The translations under genes and the position numbers were made by a program. 64,000 bases of DNA from Octopus sinensis (taxonomy: Eukaryota): the NCBI RefSeq assembly GCF_006345805.1, contig NC_043000.1, positions 17,174,001 to 17,238,000 of the forward strand, written 5' to 3'. Under the pieces are notes generated by a model. It was not told the origin of the DNA and did not search any database. It worked only from the letters and a program-made list of their open reading frames with translations. Below are positions 63,723 to 64,000 of this stretch, one piece after another (the stretch's first letter is position 1; each line of letters opens with the position of its first letter).

Positions 63723-64000
63723 AATGTATATATGTATGTATGTATATATGTATGTTTGTATGTATGTATGTATGTATGTATACATTATGTATGTATGTGT
63801 GTATGTATATATGTATATATGTATGTACATATGTATGTATGTATGTATGTATGCATGCATGATGCATGCATGTATGTATGTATGTATGTATGTATATATG
63901 TATGAATGTACGTATGTATGTATGTATATATGTAGGATGTATGTATGTATGTATGTATGTATGTATGTATGTATGTATTTATGTATGTATGTATGTATGT
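63345..64000. repeat. (TATG)n array running off the window end
   Basis: Direct reading. Confidence 0.95.

Overview
Eukaryotic, very repeat-dense, non-genic (intronic or intergenic) DNA. The SINE and microsatellite landscape suggests a coleoid cephalopod, probably Octopus; this is inference from recalled repeat families, not verified. No host protein-coding gene is supported: nearly all listed ORFs are translations of (TA)n, (TACA)n, (GATA)n, (TTA)n, (GGT)n or (CAT)n arrays. Recognisable content: four tRNA-type SINE families in many copies, a 5'-truncated RTE LINE (35058-37063), two dead mariner elements, TC...CTAG Helitron-like non-autonomous elements, small LINE remnants, a piggyBac-like MITE, a 338-bp foldback element with a 9-bp TSD, and a 100-N gap. 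The most striking signal is a set of short (about 120-700 bp), mostly mutually unrelated elements, usually in (TA)n tracts, that carry type I hammerhead ribozyme motifs. Several are arranged as fold-back palindromes or tandem units. Their cores include canonical C3-G8 and the compensatory U3-A8 and G3-C8 versions, consistent with Penelope-like or retrozyme-like mini-elements. All structures were folded by eye; none was computed or tested.
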